The notes: generated from the letters alone by a model not told the origin. A DNA stretch of 64,000 bases from an uncultured cyanobacterium (GCA_963793425.1 CAWCAG010000001.1:352001-416000), one strand, 5' to 3'; positions 8,152 through 20,391 are shown, counted from the stretch's first letter. Made by a program: numbers and translations.

Positions 8152-11100
8152 CTACCTCCCCACAGATTCTCCTTGCTGTTGTGGTGCAATGCTAGTTTGC
8201 CCAAAGCCGCCGAATAAATCATTAAGTTTGACAGTGAAAGTCACATAAGGGCCTCCGGCTGAACGGGAACCTGTGAAATCGCGATCGCTGACTTCCCCTA
8301 ATGAGTAACCCCCAGCGAGACGGAGGTTGGGGGTGAGGTAGTAACCGAGTTCTGCGGAAAAGGCGGTTTCTGTGTAACCAGCAGAGGGTTGAGTAATCCA
8401 TCTTGCTTCTCCTACGAGATCGAAGTTGTAGCCAAGGCGATAGGTTGCTCTGAGTTGTGCTAAGGAGACGGTGCTAGCGGCTACAAAGTCATTGGCTAAG
8501 TAGGTGGTGCTGGTGCGGAAGGCATACTTGCCGTAGAACTCCCAGCGCCAACTGGGGGCGTAAATAGCTTCGGCAGAGAAGAGATGTTCCTCCGAACCAG
8601 TGCCGCCACCAAAGAGGATGGTGTCAGGGATGGTGGCGGGGTTGCGACGATATTCGTATTTTAATAAAGCATTCCAAGTATCGTTATGGGGATCGCGGTA
8701 AGCTAAACCCAATTTTAGGTCGGTTGATGCTCCTAAATCAGCGAGGGTTGTGTTGGCAGAGTGAGCTTGACGAAAGTTGAATAAGGCGGAAATGCTAGGG
8801 CTGATTTTGCCTAATGCCGAAGCAGAAATAACGGTGTTGCTGCCTTGGGAGGAGGTGCGATGTTCAAATAAGGCGCTGGCTTTGAAACGAGGATCGTCGG
8901 TATATTCTAAACCAACACTGTAGCTATCTCCGTCGGTTACTCCTAATAAAGAACCATTTTCCCCTGTGGCAATGGTTTGATTGATGCCTTCTCCTACTAC
9001 ATTGGAGTTGAAGCTACCGAAAACCCTTTCATAAGTGAGGTTGAGTTTTAACCCAGGGGTGATGTCCCAACGATGTTGTAAACCGATGCCTCCTTGAGCG
9101 GTATAATTGTTGGCACTGCCCAGGACTGTATAACGACCAGTTAGGCGGGTGTTGTCGGTGAGATTATAATCTCCTTTAACCCCTAAGCTAGTGATAGATT
9201 GTCCGGCAAACTCTCCACTAGTGTAAAAGTTTTGCCCTAAAGTAACATTCACCCCCGGCACAACTCCCCAATCTAATTCAAAAGCGGTGCGATCGCCGCG
9301 AGAAGCGTTACTATTTCCTAAAATGGTAAGTTCATTGAGAGCTTTGAAGGTAAGATTATTAGTGAGGGGAACGGTGAGGCGCGATCGCAGTTGATGGGAT
9401 TCACCATTAAAATCAGGGTTGATTCTGTCTTCCCGGTTGCGATAAATCCAATCTAAATCAACGGTCGATGTACCCAGCTTTTGTTGAATACCTAAAGAGG
9501 CGGTGGTGAGGGAGTTATCAACAATGCTGTTAGACTCAAAACTATTGAATCCTCCTTCTAAATTAAAACCTTCCAAGACATCGCCAATGGGAGTAAGGGT
9601 TTGTCTGCGGATGCCTTGATTTTCTGTGTGGTCGTATTTGGCCCGCACCCTGGTACTTTCAGAAAGACGGGCTTCAACTTCTGCCCCGTAGCGAGTTTGC
9701 CCAGGAACAAAACTTACTGTCGCATTGTTAGCAAAGCCGCTATCGGTGGAACTATAATAGGCACGTCCTCGGAAACTTTCTCCTAGCTTACTTTCCAGTT
9801 GGAAGCGATAAGCTGAACCAGAAACAGAACCCAACTCCGGGGAAGTATTGTTGGAATGGGCATATTCACCAATAAAGCGAGAACCTTCTCCCAAGGAAAC
9901 TAGGAGATCCGTTCCATAGAGTTCAAAGTCGCGATCGCCTTGATCTTCTTTGAAATAAGTAGCCCCCAACCAGCTTTCGCTATTTAATCCTCTAGCAAAG
10001 TTGTAACGCAATCTGCCGCCATAAATATTGGTGTTGCTAGCATCTCCTTCATATTGATAGGTGGCAACAATCCGCCGGACTAAAACGTTTCCCTCTTCAT
10101 CAATATCAGTACGGAGTATGGGTTCGCGGAAGTTTACCGTCCCTCTATCATAATCAATTTCATAATCAGCCCCTAAAATTAAGCGTTCCCGTTGCAGAAC
10201 AATTCCGGGACGTTCTAATTCTTCCAATTCTAAATAAATATCTTCACTACCAGGGACAACTAGGCGTTGGGAAAGGAAGTAAATACCGCTTGTACCGTCA
10301 GGATTAAGGGTATCTCGTTGAAAACCTTCGACATTGTTGGCATAGAAGCCGCTAATTTGCAGATTGCCTAAATTAAAGTTGCCACTGAAGCCGTGGAATT
10401 GACGATTCAGGGCAGTGAAAAGTTGGGAATTAGTGGCAAACTCCTCTGTGTTATAGTCTCCCCACATAAAGTAGTCGGGGCTAGCATTGGGAATACCGGG
10501 GGAACGTTCTAAGCGTAGGTACAAACTATCTGTAGAGGGAGTTAGCACTTCGGAAGTGGAACTATCGCCATAAATTGAGTATTGATTTTCTGAGGTTTGG
10601 TACTCCCGAAAGATACGGTTGCGGCAATCGCAATCAAGATTTAAAGGACGTTGATTGTTATATGCCCCAGTGTATAACCATTCCCCAATTGTTCCTGTAG
10701 CAAAAACAGCCGTACTAAAATCCAATTCTGTGGAGTTGTCACCATCAGCAGGTAAAAAGTCTTTAAAGCTACCATGAAAATCTGTACCGCGAGATCCCCA
10801 CCGCAGGTTAATCACCCCAGAGATTAAACTAGGACGCAAGGATGTTTCTAATTGCAGTTGGGTATAAGCTTCTAATTCATTAGTTTGTGCTTTAATAGTA
10901 ACGGTTTGCGCCTTGGTGACGGAACGTAAATTAGTGGTAAAACGTCCTTCTAATACCTCCAACTGAAAGCCAGGTTGATCTGGTTTATAATCTGCTTCAA
11001 TAAACTCTCCGGCAGTGGAAGTTAAGGTAACAATACCATTCCAATTGGAGAGGTTGCCATTTTCATCTAATAATTGTCCCTGAACCGTAGCAGTGGAACG

Positions 11101-11745
11101 ACCGTTAGCTTGAATAGCAGTTTCTCTAGTATCAACAATAAGTTGGGTGGGTTGCCCCTTAACTTGTACTTCCACAGAAGCGGTTTCCGAGTTGGCAATG
11201 CTAGCAGTGATAGTGTTGTTGCCAGCCGTAAGGGGAACACCATACCAAGTTTGAGTAATAAGATTATTAATATTATCTGTTTCTGTACGTCCAATTAAGG
11301 AAGAATCTACAGCATTGCCATTGACTTTAAGTTCTACTTCTGTTCCTACTCTGTAGCGAAGAATGACTGTGGCAGCAGGGTTATCAAGGATACTGCCAAC
11401 GGTAGGAGAAATTATGGTTAGGGGAGATTGTTCAGTATTGAGAACAGTTTCTACATTTTCTGTTGTCTCTTCTGCCAAAGGAATAGTTGTTTCGTTTCCC
11501 TGCATCTCTTCTGTAGAAGAAACAGCTTCTACATTTCCTGTTGTCTCTTCTGTAAAAGGAATAGTTGTTTCATTTCCGGTTATCTCTTCTGTAACAACAA
11601 AAGTTCCTGTTCCCTGTTTCCCGTTTCCTGTTTCCTCTTGAACAAAAACATCCTGAGAAGCTTGGGCGATCGCAGGAAAGAAAACCAAATTCGCACCACC
11701 TGCGAGCGCGCCAATTATTTTTACTTTTTGTTTTCTTAATTTCAT
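8152..11745 (-). CDS. Large exported protein: Ig-like N-terminal domains plus a probable outer-membrane beta-barrel
   Basis: Signal peptide; long C-terminal run of amphipathic aromatic strands (LRATYRLGYNFDLVGE, ELGYYLTPNLRLAGGY). Confidence 0.75.
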   Translation of the reverse strand: MKLRKQKVKIIGALAGGANLVFFPAIAQASQDVFVQEETGNGKQGTGTFVVTEEITGNETTIPFTEETTGNVEAVSSTEEMQGNETTIPLAEETTENVETVLNTEQSPLTIISPTVGSILDNPAATVILRYRVGTEVELKVNGNAVDSSLIGRTETDNINNLITQTWYGVPLTAGNNTITASIANSETASVEVQVKGQPTQLIVDTRETAIQANGRSTATVQGQLLDENGNLSNWNGIVTLTSTAGEFIEADYKPDQPGFQLEVLEGRFTTNLRSVTKAQTVTIKAQTNELEAYTQLQLETSLRPSLISGVINLRWGSRGTDFHGSFKDFLPADGDNSTELDFSTAVFATGTIGEWLYTGAYNNQRPLNLDCDCRNRIFREYQTSENQYSIYGDSSTSEVLTPSTDSLYLRLERSPGIPNASPDYFMWGDYNTEEFATNSQLFTALNRQFHGFSGNFNLGNLQISGFYANNVEGFQRDTLNPDGTSGIYFLSQRLVVPGSEDIYLELEELERPGIVLQRERLILGADYEIDYDRGTVNFREPILRTDIDEEGNVLVRRIVATYQYEGDASNTNIYGGRLRYNFARGLNSESWLGATYFKEDQGDRDFELYGTDLLVSLGEGSRFIGEYAHSNNTSPELGSVSGSAYRFQLESKLGESFRGRAYYSSTDSGFANNATVSFVPGQTRYGAEVEARLSESTRVRAKYDHTENQGIRRQTLTPIGDVLEGFNLEGGFNSFESNSIVDNSLTTASLGIQQKLGTSTVDLDWIYRNREDRINPDFNGESHQLRSRLTVPLTNNLTFKALNELTILGNSNASRGDRTAFELDWGVVPGVNVTLGQNFYTSGEFAGQSITSLGVKGDYNLTDNTRLTGRYTVLGSANNYTAQGGIGLQHRWDITPGLKLNLTYERVFGSFNSNVVGEGINQTIATGENGSLLGVTDGDSYSVGLEYTDDPRFKASALFEHRTSSQGSNTVISASALGKISPSISALFNFRQAHSANTTLADLGASTDLKLGLAYRDPHNDTWNALLKYEYRRNPATIPDTILFGGGTGSEEHLFSAEAIYAPSWRWEFYGKYAFRTSTTYLANDFVAASTVSLAQLRATYRLGYNFDLVGEARWITQPSAGYTETAFSAELGYYLTPNLRLAGGYSLGEVSDRDFTGSRSAGGPYVTFTVKLNDLFGGFGQTSIAPQQQGESVGR

Positions 11746-11871
11746 AATCTAAAGTCCATTGGGAGACGGGGAGGGGGAAACGGGAAAGTAATAAGTAATA
11801 AGTAATAAGTTGGGAATTTACTATTTTTTACTCTCTTGCACGATTAGCAACTAGCAACTAGCAACTAGCCA

Positions 11872-13371
11872 TTAGTTAATTTCTTCTTGAAAAGTAGGTG
11901 TCACTGCAAAGTTCATCCTTGCCATGCCGCCGGGGGCGAGACGTACTAGCCTTGATTGGCTGTTGCGTTCGCTGAATTTGATATTTGGGGCGATGGTATA
12001 ACCAGGAAGACTAGTAAAATCTAGAGTTCCGGCATGATAACCAGCGTGTACCGAAGCAACGGAAAACAAACCATCGGCATCTGTTGTAATGCGGTTGCCG
12101 TCTTCCAACATAATTACCGCATTGGGAACTCCTGGTTCATTGTTTTGCTGTTCCCCATCAAAGTTTTTATCTACAAAAACTCGACCAATCAAAGTACCAC
12201 AGTCAGCGAGGATGCCGGGGTCAACCCGTAAGCGATGGTTGGTTGGGCCATCCTTAACCCGGAAGTCATTGTCACTACGTTGGGCATTAACAACCGCAGA
12301 ATTAATCCCGGAACCTCTCAAAGAATCGGGAGTTAACTGGGCGGCGTAAACAATATTTAGTACTTCTCCTGGAGGAATTGCTGCGCCTAGTTGCATTGTC
12401 ACCGAACTACTTTCTCCGGTGGTAGTAACCTCAACAGGTTGTCCCTGCAACTCTCCCTGCACAGAGTTCGGCAAAAACTTAAACCCAAGGGGCAAACGGT
12501 CATTAATAATTGCTCTATTTAAAGGTACATCTGACTTATTCCTGATACTAATGCGGTAAAGTATCGTATCTCCGGGTTCAGCCGTAGCGCGATCGCCAGT
12601 TTTAACAATATCAATTTGGTCAGCTTGGCACATTACTGTGTCAAACTGCAAAGCAAACAAAGTTAGTCCTTGTGCTTCTGCATTGAATACTTCCACCATT
12701 TGATCAGTAATTTGCGTTCCCCCTGATACAGAGATGGGTTGCCCATCCAAGGATGTAGCCCGGTAACGGACAATACTATTGTTACTACTGCCAACACTGC
12801 TAAGGATTTCAATTTTGATTCTGCGCTGGGTATAAATAGAATCAGTAGGAGGATTAATAACCAAAATATAAGTTTGACCAGGGTTTGTCTGCCCTTTAGC
12901 CGGATCAAAGAGGAAGTTGTATTGCCCTTGATTAATATTGTCAAGGGGAAAAGGATTGATATTTGTACTGTTAGGATTCCTTCCCCCAGGTACACCATTA
13001 TTTGGAGTGTCAGGAAACTCTGTCTGGCTTAAATTCACCAACCTACCTAATTCCGAACCTGTAGTATCTCCAGGGTTTGGTTCATAAAGTGCAACGGTAA
13101 AGCCACCATAATTATCAAGCACATTGCCGCCACAACCGAGAATGCGACCAAGAGGATCAACTAAAGACTCTGGCTTAGTACCTAAAGTTGTAGAAAAGCC
13201 TTGAAACTTAGTATCTGTGCTAGGGTCTTGGTATTCCACTTGGGCTTGGTTATTAATAGCTGCACGAATAGTCTCAGCAGAGGTTTGGGCCAACACAGAC
13301 ATTTGAGTTGAGATAACAGTCCCGATTGCTAATGCGGCAGTGATAGGTTTTGAGAAAGTAGAGATGTTCAC
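11872..13371 (-). CDS. DUF11 + SdrD-B-like exported protein
   Basis: Signal peptide; IDIVKTGDRATAEPGDTILYRISIRN ... INDRLPLGF; GRVFVDKNFDGEQQNNEPG. Confidence 0.85.
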   Translation of the reverse strand: MNISTFSKPITAALAIGTVISTQMSVLAQTSAETIRAAINNQAQVEYQDPSTDTKFQGFSTTLGTKPESLVDPLGRILGCGGNVLDNYGGFTVALYEPNPGDTTGSELGRLVNLSQTEFPDTPNNGVPGGRNPNSTNINPFPLDNINQGQYNFLFDPAKGQTNPGQTYILVINPPTDSIYTQRRIKIEILSSVGSSNNSIVRYRATSLDGQPISVSGGTQITDQMVEVFNAEAQGLTLFALQFDTVMCQADQIDIVKTGDRATAEPGDTILYRISIRNKSDVPLNRAIINDRLPLGFKFLPNSVQGELQGQPVEVTTTGESSSVTMQLGAAIPPGEVLNIVYAAQLTPDSLRGSGINSAVVNAQRSDNDFRVKDGPTNHRLRVDPGILADCGTLIGRVFVDKNFDGEQQNNEPGVPNAVIMLEDGNRITTDADGLFSVASVHAGYHAGTLDFTSLPGYTIAPNIKFSERNSQSRLVRLAPGGMARMNFAVTPTFQEEIN

Positions 13372-13453
13372 AGTTGGCGTTGGGGAGATGGGGGGCTGGA
13401 GAGATGGGGGGCTGGGGAGCTAGAACATTTGGCGACTAGCCACTAGCCACTAA

Positions 13454-13759
13454 CTAATGATCAGCCTTAACATCCCCGGAGTTTTCCCCACTAACCACAT
13501 AACGTAAAGTGTCTCCTGGTGCAACCTTAACCTTTCCCTCTAAAGCTTTCCAGCTAACTTGCTTGTCAGCATCCACAACTTTTTGTTCAGCTTCTAAAGT
13601 GAGTTTAACTTCCGGACGACGAATTGCTTCAACAAGCGCTTCTCCCATTTCCTGGAGTTGTGCCAACACTGGCTGCCCACTAATTAAGGGAACTGCACTA
13701 ACTAAAGCAAGCATTCCGAATCCAACTAACAAACGTTTTTTACTTAATAAAGCTTTCAC
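13454..13759 (-). pseudogene. Truncated paralog of the small DUF11-like protein at 20392-20949
   Basis: Aligns with the first half of 20392-20949 (RPEVKL ... PGDTLRYVVSGEN), then stops at a heptamer repeat tract. Confidence 0.7.
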
Positions 13760-13820
13760 GTATATAACTCCTAATGCAAACTTTCAAATGAACTATTAGC
13801 AACTAGCAACTAGCAATTAA

Positions 13821-16331
13821 CTAATTCACCCGACGACGGAAAATCAAGAACCCTTCTTTTTGTGGTTCCAAAAGTCCTGTCACCTTGTCTATGTATTTAG
13901 TGACATCGTTATTAACTGTGACACCGGATTGATCAATAGTTGAGGTGCTTGCTGGGCTGCCACTGAAATAGCTGATGTTGCCGCCGCGGGAGTCACTGGC
14001 TGAACCAACAATATTGCTAGTGTCGATTTCGCTATTATTGTCGTTGTCTAATGCCCAATTATTCGGAGCAGTTACACCATCTTCTGTAATCACAATGTTG
14101 TCGGCTTTCAGTGATACATTGCCACTACCTGCGGGAGGTTCAGAAATGTTTTTGTAGATAACTTTGTATTCAATAATGTTGCCCGAAGAAGGAGTTCTCA
14201 GTACATCCGCAACAGTACTATTAGGATCATTCCCATTAGCATCAGTAGGAGTGGAATTAAAATCACCTTGCCCAGCCTTAACTAGTTCCCCATCTCCTTG
14301 TAAGATACGGGAGAGTTTGGTTAACTTCAAATAACCAGTGTAAACCCGATCAATGGTTGTATTTTTATTCAGGACAGCACCTCCATTACTAATGGTTGCA
14401 GTTAAGGGTACGGGATAACCAGGCTCATTATCACCAGAGGCTGCATCCGTTGAAAGGGAGGTATTGTTAGGTAAGTCGATTTCTACACCGTAGTTAAATT
14501 GCTGGTTAGGAGCAACATTAGGAACAACAATGGGAGTACCTGTTGTCGTGAATGTATTATTAACTTGATCGTAAGTATAAGTTGCTGTAGCGCCAAGAGG
14601 ACTAATAATTGTTACTTTAGTACCGTTAGGTAAGTCGTTGGGGTTAGCTAGAGGTGAGGGTTCTATGGTTATATTTCCTTTGGTTTGCCCATTGTTAATA
14701 ATAGTATTCGTGAAGTTGACCGGCCCCGGATCATAGGTGCTTCCCGGAGTCGCTTTAGCAGAAGGTAAAATCGCTGATTTGTTGGTAAAATCATCATTGT
14801 TACTGTTAGGGCCGGTTGCACCAGGGGCATTGTCAGGGCCATTAAGCAAGTCGTAGACTTTGGCAATCCCCAAAGGTAGTATATTAGCTTCACCAGCAGT
14901 TCCTGTACCAGTGTTGTTGTTACCGGGGTCAGTACCTACAGTCCCTAACTCATCAGGTTGCCCGTCGCCGTTACCATCAGGTAAATAACCATCGGTAGCA
15001 GGGTCAAAAGCACCAGCAGTTTCATTGTAGTTGCTAGGAGTTTGGTCACCAGATTCATCAACTACAGGGACAGTTCCCGCCGAATCAGATGCACCAAAGA
15101 CTTGAGCAATATTAGCAATAGTAGCTGAATTGCCAGGAACATTGCTGGTAAGAACTTGGACACGGAAGGTTTGTACCGTTGTACCGGGACCAACAGAAGC
15201 TACAGAGTTGTTGTTGATGAAACCAACTCGTTTAACTGCACTAAAATTTCCCCCTGGCACTGTTGTTACCCACCGTGCCTTGGTTGCATCGTCGTAGGGA
15301 GTTGTTGCCGGATCATCAAGGGTATAAACAGCTGTCCAACCAGTAGGTGCAGTGGTAAGACCAGTTAGGACAGTACCCGCAGGAATCGCATCGGAAACGA
15401 GGATATGCTTCTCAGGCGTGCCATCAATATTGATATTACTCAAAGGTAGCAACGGAGCAGGAATAAAACCCCCAGTTGTCGGGTCGTTTTGTTCTACCCT
15501 AAACTTCAAATCATAGGTGATTCTGTCATCGGTGATAATAGAAGAGTCTCCTGGCAGATATTCTGACCTAGTTTTCTCGATAGTTACCAAAGGCTGGTTT
15601 TTAGCTGCATCTCCTACCTTAATTCCCTGAGTATCGCTAGCTTCCCGCACCCCGTTAGCAGGAGCGCCAGGTGTTTCACCAATCGTACCGTCAGCAGCAT
15701 CAACAGTGTAGACATCACCACCATTGGTAATAAAGTCTTGGTTTTGACTATTACCAGGAGTGTTACCTAACTGAACGTTGATGGTATCTCCTGATTGAGG
15801 ACTAGAATCAACGGTAATTGGTACTCGAACCAGAATAGAACCTCTTGGTGCTAGAGGAGTAGTATCTAAAGACCCGGCCGTAATCGCCTGCCAACCATTG
15901 CCATCATTGTAATTAACTTCTAAGCTACCACTAATAATACCTGGCCCTGTGAGGTTTGCAGTGTTAGGAATGCGGAACTTGGTTGTATCGTTACCAACGT
16001 TTGTAACTGTATATGTGTAGTAAAGTTCGTCATTTTTTGCGATGGGAGTGGTAGAGCCATCTTGCTTAGCAATACCTGATGCCTTCACAGTAATACCAGC
16101 AATCTCTGCAACTTCCACAGTCACTTTGTTGGACTTAGAAGTTAACTTCGCAGAAGGATCATTGGGGTCATTATAGGTTGCTGTTGCTGTGTTATCAATT
16201 TTCGTGCCAGCCGCCGTGTCTGGATCTGCAAGGGCTGGGAGAATGAGTTGCAAGTTACCACTGAGAATTAGTAGAGTACTTATAATGGGCAAGTAAGACT
16301 TGCGCGATTTAGTAGTGATGTTTTTAGCCAT
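13821..16331 (-). CDS. Exported multi-DUF11/Ig-fold protein (putative fibre subunit A)
   Basis: Signal peptide; TAAGTKIDNTATATY; YTVTNVGN; SDAIPAGT; GNIIEY; C-terminus FRRRVN. Confidence 0.85.
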   Translation of the reverse strand: MAKNITTKSRKSYLPIISTLLILSGNLQLILPALADPDTAAGTKIDNTATATYNDPNDPSAKLTSKSNKVTVEVAEIAGITVKASGIAKQDGSTTPIAKNDELYYTYTVTNVGNDTTKFRIPNTANLTGPGIISGSLEVNYNDGNGWQAITAGSLDTTPLAPRGSILVRVPITVDSSPQSGDTINVQLGNTPGNSQNQDFITNGGDVYTVDAADGTIGETPGAPANGVREASDTQGIKVGDAAKNQPLVTIEKTRSEYLPGDSSIITDDRITYDLKFRVEQNDPTTGGFIPAPLLPLSNINIDGTPEKHILVSDAIPAGTVLTGLTTAPTGWTAVYTLDDPATTPYDDATKARWVTTVPGGNFSAVKRVGFINNNSVASVGPGTTVQTFRVQVLTSNVPGNSATIANIAQVFGASDSAGTVPVVDESGDQTPSNYNETAGAFDPATDGYLPDGNGDGQPDELGTVGTDPGNNNTGTGTAGEANILPLGIAKVYDLLNGPDNAPGATGPNSNNDDFTNKSAILPSAKATPGSTYDPGPVNFTNTIINNGQTKGNITIEPSPLANPNDLPNGTKVTIISPLGATATYTYDQVNNTFTTTGTPIVVPNVAPNQQFNYGVEIDLPNNTSLSTDAASGDNEPGYPVPLTATISNGGAVLNKNTTIDRVYTGYLKLTKLSRILQGDGELVKAGQGDFNSTPTDANGNDPNSTVADVLRTPSSGNIIEYKVIYKNISEPPAGSGNVSLKADNIVITEDGVTAPNNWALDNDNNSEIDTSNIVGSASDSRGGNISYFSGSPASTSTIDQSGVTVNNDVTKYIDKVTGLLEPQKEGFLIFRRRVN

Positions 16332-16892
16332 ATTTGCCTTTCATTAAGAAAGATAAAATAGAAGTTTGTCGGTTTGATATTTTTCTTTGCTGAACTTATA
16401 TTCATTATTTGTTCTCAGTGTTTATGATGATGTGTGTTTAAACGTATACTTTGAATTTAGTTGGATACCTCACCCTTTTGCTCTGTAGTTTTGTAAGGTA
16501 AATGCCTTCACAGGAAAGTCATACCTGCAATCCTCAGAAAAAATCATTTCAGGAAAGAAAAATTTTGAGGCAACAAAAAATAGACTTTAAACAAACACAA
16601 AACAAACATTTTGGCTAACTTAGGGTTCATAAATAAGTACTTTTTGGTACGCTCACCTGCCTAAAGGAGTATTGAGGCTTGCATTTTTGGGGATCTTTAT
16701 CTCCCCATAGTTGAAAGTTTCTGAGATTATTCTTTCTTAAGGCTCAGGGTTTGTTGATATTTATTATGTTATCTTGTCAAGCTAGACCCCAATAATTTTT
16801 TTGATTTTAATAACAATTTCCCTTAACAAGAAACACAATTTAGTATTTTTGGGTCTTTCAATAATACGAGAATAATTTAGGTCAATATCCCC

Positions 16893-19800
16893 ATGAAACT
16901 ATACAGGCGGCATCTTTATTGGTTGTTGTTCCTGCTTTCCTTCACTGGAAATCTTTATAGCCAAAAAGCTGTCCAAGCTCAAGTAATAATACCTGCTAAT
17001 GACGGTACTGGTACGATTGTTACCCCAGAAGGGAATCGCCTTGATATTTCTGGCGGTACTCTAACTCCAGATGGAGCAAATCTTTTTCATAGTTGGCAAC
17101 AATTTGGCTTAAATGCAGGGCAAGTTGCTAACTTTATTTCTAACCCAGAAATTAGCAATATTCTAGGGCGAGTTGTGGGGGGAAATCCTTCGGTAATTGA
17201 TGGTTTGATTCAAATTAGTGGCGGCAACTCCAACTTATTTTTACTTAACCCCGCAGGAATTGTTTTTCTTAATAATGCTCAATTAAATGTTCCTGGAGAT
17301 TTTACAGCTACCACTGCTACAGGAATTGGTTTCGGTAATAATAATTGGTTTGATGCTTTTGGTGGCAATAACTACCAAAACTTGGTTGGTGATCCGACTC
17401 AATTTGCCTTTGATTTATCCCAACCAGGGGTAATAGTTAATGCAGGTAATTTAGCTGTAGCAACAGGAGAAAACTTAAGCTTATTAAGTGGCAGTATTTA
17501 TAACACCGGAAACCTCAGCGCCCCAGCCGGGAAAGTAACCTTAATGAGTGTCCCCGGAAGCAGTGTGGTGAGAATTAGCCAACCAGGAAACTTGTTAAGC
17601 TTAGAAGTCAAACCTCCTGGTAATACAGGATTTCGTGCTTTAGATTTACCTGCTTTGTTAACTGGATCTCTGCAAAATATTGATACGGGTTTAGAAATTA
17701 ATCAAGGAAAAGTACAACTGGTTTATTCTGGAGAAACCATTCCTACCCAACCAGGTACAACCATAGTTTCTGGCAACATAGATGTTTCCTCCCCTACTAA
17801 TCAAGGGGGCAATGTAGATATTTTGGGTTCCCGCGTCGGTATAGTGGGAGCAAATATTGATGCAGTGGGTAATCAGGGCGGCACAGTGAGGATTGGGGGA
17901 GATTACCAAGGCAAGGGCGGCATACCCAATGCTGATTTTATTTATATTGGTAGCAACTCCCTAATCAACGCCTCTGGAAGCAAAGGAGATGGGGGTAGGG
18001 TAATTGTTTGGGCAGATAAGACAACTAATTTCCAAGGTGACATTGTTGCTAAGGGAGGAATGAATGGAGGTGATGGGGGTTTTGTGGAAGTTTCTGGTAA
18101 GCAAAACCTTTGGTTTCGGGGGAAAGTAGATTTAAGCGCCCCCCAAGGAAAATTGGGAACCCTCTTATTAGATCCTGAAGATATCCTCATCATTAATAGT
18201 GGTGGTAATAATAGTGCTTTAGCCGATAATCAAATTCTTTTTAGCGATCGCCCCAATGAAACCTTCACTATTTCTGCTGCCACCCTTGAGAGTTTAAACG
18301 GTAACATTTTATTAGAAGCTACCGAAAATATTATCCTCGACTCCGCCCTCTCTTTAAAATTCGTTCCTGGGGGAGATATAACCTTTACAGCAGACTCTGA
18401 TGGCAATGGTAGTGGTGCTTTCACCATGGGTAGTAACCAATCCCTAACTACATCAGGAAGGGATCTAACTATCTCTGCTGCAACCATAGAAGCCGGGAAT
18501 ATTAATACATTGTCCGATTCTGGTAGTGGTGGTGCGGTGCTATTAAGCGCTAACCAAGGGAGATTAAAAGTAGGAGATATTAACACCGCCTCAACTGCCC
18601 CCTTAACTGCCAGTACCAAAGATGGCGGAGAAGTTAACTTAGAAGCAACTGCGGGGCAAATACAAGCCGGGAATATTGATACTTCTTCTACTTTTGGTAG
18701 AGGGGGGGCAGTGCAACTATCTACATCCAACATTGCTACCCTCAAAACCGTCAACACTCAGGGTAGGGAAGCCGGGGGCAACTTCACTAGTAATAGTCTC
18801 TTGCTACGGGTAACAGACACTTTTCTTAACAACAACAACATCACAGCTAGTATTTCCACTACTGCTTCTTCAGGTACAGGAGGATTGATCGATATCAATC
18901 ACCGTAGCGGCGAATATAACATTCCCTTCATTGTCGGCAAAGCGAATTTCAATGGTACTACCGGAGCGGTTACTAGCGGCGACTTTACCATTTTGCCCGA
19001 TCCCCAAAACTTCCCCTCTTCCTTTAACTCAGGTTCTGTTAACCTAACCACTCCTGAACCTGTGACTGCTTGCCCCCCAGAATGCGAAGAAAGCGAAGAA
19101 GAACAAAAAGTCGAATCCCTTGAACAAGTACCTGCTGTAACCATGGTAGGGCAAATAGAAAGCACTTATACCGAAGAGTTTACTGATTTTCTTGGTACTA
19201 CCGCCCCCCAACCAGTCAGCGTCGAAGAAACCATAGATACCTTGCGCGAAAGCCAAGAACTTACAGGCAAAAAATCAGTCGTTATCTATGCAGAGTTTGT
19301 TGATGATAACTTAGAAATTGCCTTAGTAAGTCCTAACAGACAACCCGTTAGGTACAAAATAGAAGGGGCAGAAAAAGAAAAAGTCATAGAAACCGTCCTC
19401 CAATTCAATCGCGCCCTTGCCAATGTACGCCGCCCTCAAGTTTATCTTCCTGCTTCCCAACAACTTTATGAGTGGATTATCGCCCCAGTTGCTCAAGAAT
19501 TAGCAGCGGAGGATGTGGATCACCTCAGTTTTGTTATGGATGCTGGCTTGCGTTCCTTGCCTCTAGCGGCTTTGCATAGCGGCAAAGGCTTCTTGATTGA
19601 GGAATACAGCGTTGGCTTATTACCAAGTATTTCTTTAACTAACTTTAACTATTTAGATAGCCAAGAACAACAAGTCCTCGCCATGGGGGCAGAACATTTC
19701 ACTCGGCAAATTTCTTTACCTGCCGTCCCTTTGGAGTTACAATCAATTGTTGGTAGCTTATGGTCTGGTAAGTCCTTTATCAATGAAGCTTTCACCTTAG

Positions 19801-20330
19801 AAAACCTCCAACAAGCTCGTGCTTCCCAATCCTTTGGTATCATTCACTTAGCTACTCATAGTAAGTTTCGCCCCGGCAAACCGAGTAACTCTTACATTCA
19901 GCTTTGGGATACTAAGCTAGGATTAGACGACTTACCTAAGCTAAGTTTAAACAGTCCCCCAGTAGATTTATTAGTACTTTCTGCTTGTGAAACTGCTGTA
20001 GGAAGTACCGAAGCAGAGTTAGGCTTTGCGGGCTTGACAGTGCAAGCTGGGGTTAACTCTGCCCTTGGTAGTCTTTGGGCTGTTAGCGATGAAGCAACTT
20101 TAGGACTCATGGGAGGTTTTTACGAACAACTAAGAGAATCTCCTAAAGCAGAAGCACTACGCCAAGCACAGTTAGGAATGCTGCAAGGGAAAGTTAAGTT
20201 GGAAGATGGCTATGTGGTTACAGGTTCGAGGAAGTTACCTTTACCTGCAAAGTTAAGAAAGTTAGGCAATCAAGACTTTTCTCATCCCTACTATTGGAGT
20301 GCTTTTACCATGATTGGTGATCCATGGTGA
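16893..20330 (+). CDS. Filamentous haemagglutinin TPS domain + beta-helix + CHAT protease domain protein
   Basis: NLFHSWQQF and NPAGIVF (TPS); [23 protein letters not shown] and HPYYWSAF (CHAT). Confidence 0.92.
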   Translation: MKLYRRHLYWLLFLLSFTGNLYSQKAVQAQVIIPANDGTGTIVTPEGNRLDISGGTLTPDGANLFHSWQQFGLNAGQVANFISNPEISNILGRVVGGNPSVIDGLIQISGGNSNLFLLNPAGIVFLNNAQLNVPGDFTATTATGIGFGNNNWFDAFGGNNYQNLVGDPTQFAFDLSQPGVIVNAGNLAVATGENLSLLSGSIYNTGNLSAPAGKVTLMSVPGSSVVRISQPGNLLSLEVKPPGNTGFRALDLPALLTGSLQNIDTGLEINQGKVQLVYSGETIPTQPGTTIVSGNIDVSSPTNQGGNVDILGSRVGIVGANIDAVGNQGGTVRIGGDYQGKGGIPNADFIYIGSNSLINASGSKGDGGRVIVWADKTTNFQGDIVAKGGMNGGDGGFVEVSGKQNLWFRGKVDLSAPQGKLGTLLLDPEDILIINSGGNNSALADNQILFSDRPNETFTISAATLESLNGNILLEATENIILDSALSLKFVPGGDITFTADSDGNGSGAFTMGSNQSLTTSGRDLTISAATIEAGNINTLSDSGSGGAVLLSANQGRLKVGDINTASTAPLTASTKDGGEVNLEATAGQIQAGNIDTSSTFGRGGAVQLSTSNIATLKTVNTQGREAGGNFTSNSLLLRVTDTFLNNNNITASISTTASSGTGGLIDINHRSGEYNIPFIVGKANFNGTTGAVTSGDFTILPDPQNFPSSFNSGSVNLTTPEPVTACPPECEESEEEQKVESLEQVPAVTMVGQIESTYTEEFTDFLGTTAPQPVSVEETIDTLRESQELTGKKSVVIYAEFVDDNLEIALVSPNRQPVRYKIEGAEKEKVIETVLQFNRALANVRRPQVYLPASQQLYEWIIAPVAQELAAEDVDHLSFVMDAGLRSLPLAALHSGKGFLIEEYSVGLLPSISLTNFNYLDSQEQQVLAMGAEHFTRQISLPAVPLELQSIVGSLWSGKSFINEAFTLENLQQARASQSFGIIHLATHSKFRPGKPSNSYIQLWDTKLGLDDLPKLSLNSPPVDLLVLSACETAVGSTEAELGFAGLTVQAGVNSALGSLWAVSDEATLGLMGGFYEQLRESPKAEALRQAQLGMLQGKVKLEDGYVVTGSRKLPLPAKLRKLGNQDFSHPYYWSAFTMIGDPW

Positions 20331-20391
20331 TGTTCATTGAACATTGAACATTTTTCCTAGGAGGATAATTCTTGATTGCCAGCTATTTATC

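Noticed and set aside
16332..16892. c-di-GMP riboswitch or ncRNA in the long leaders of the DUF11 genes (also 23505-23953)
   Set aside because: No recognisable consensus by eye; an Rfam/Infernal scan would be needed.
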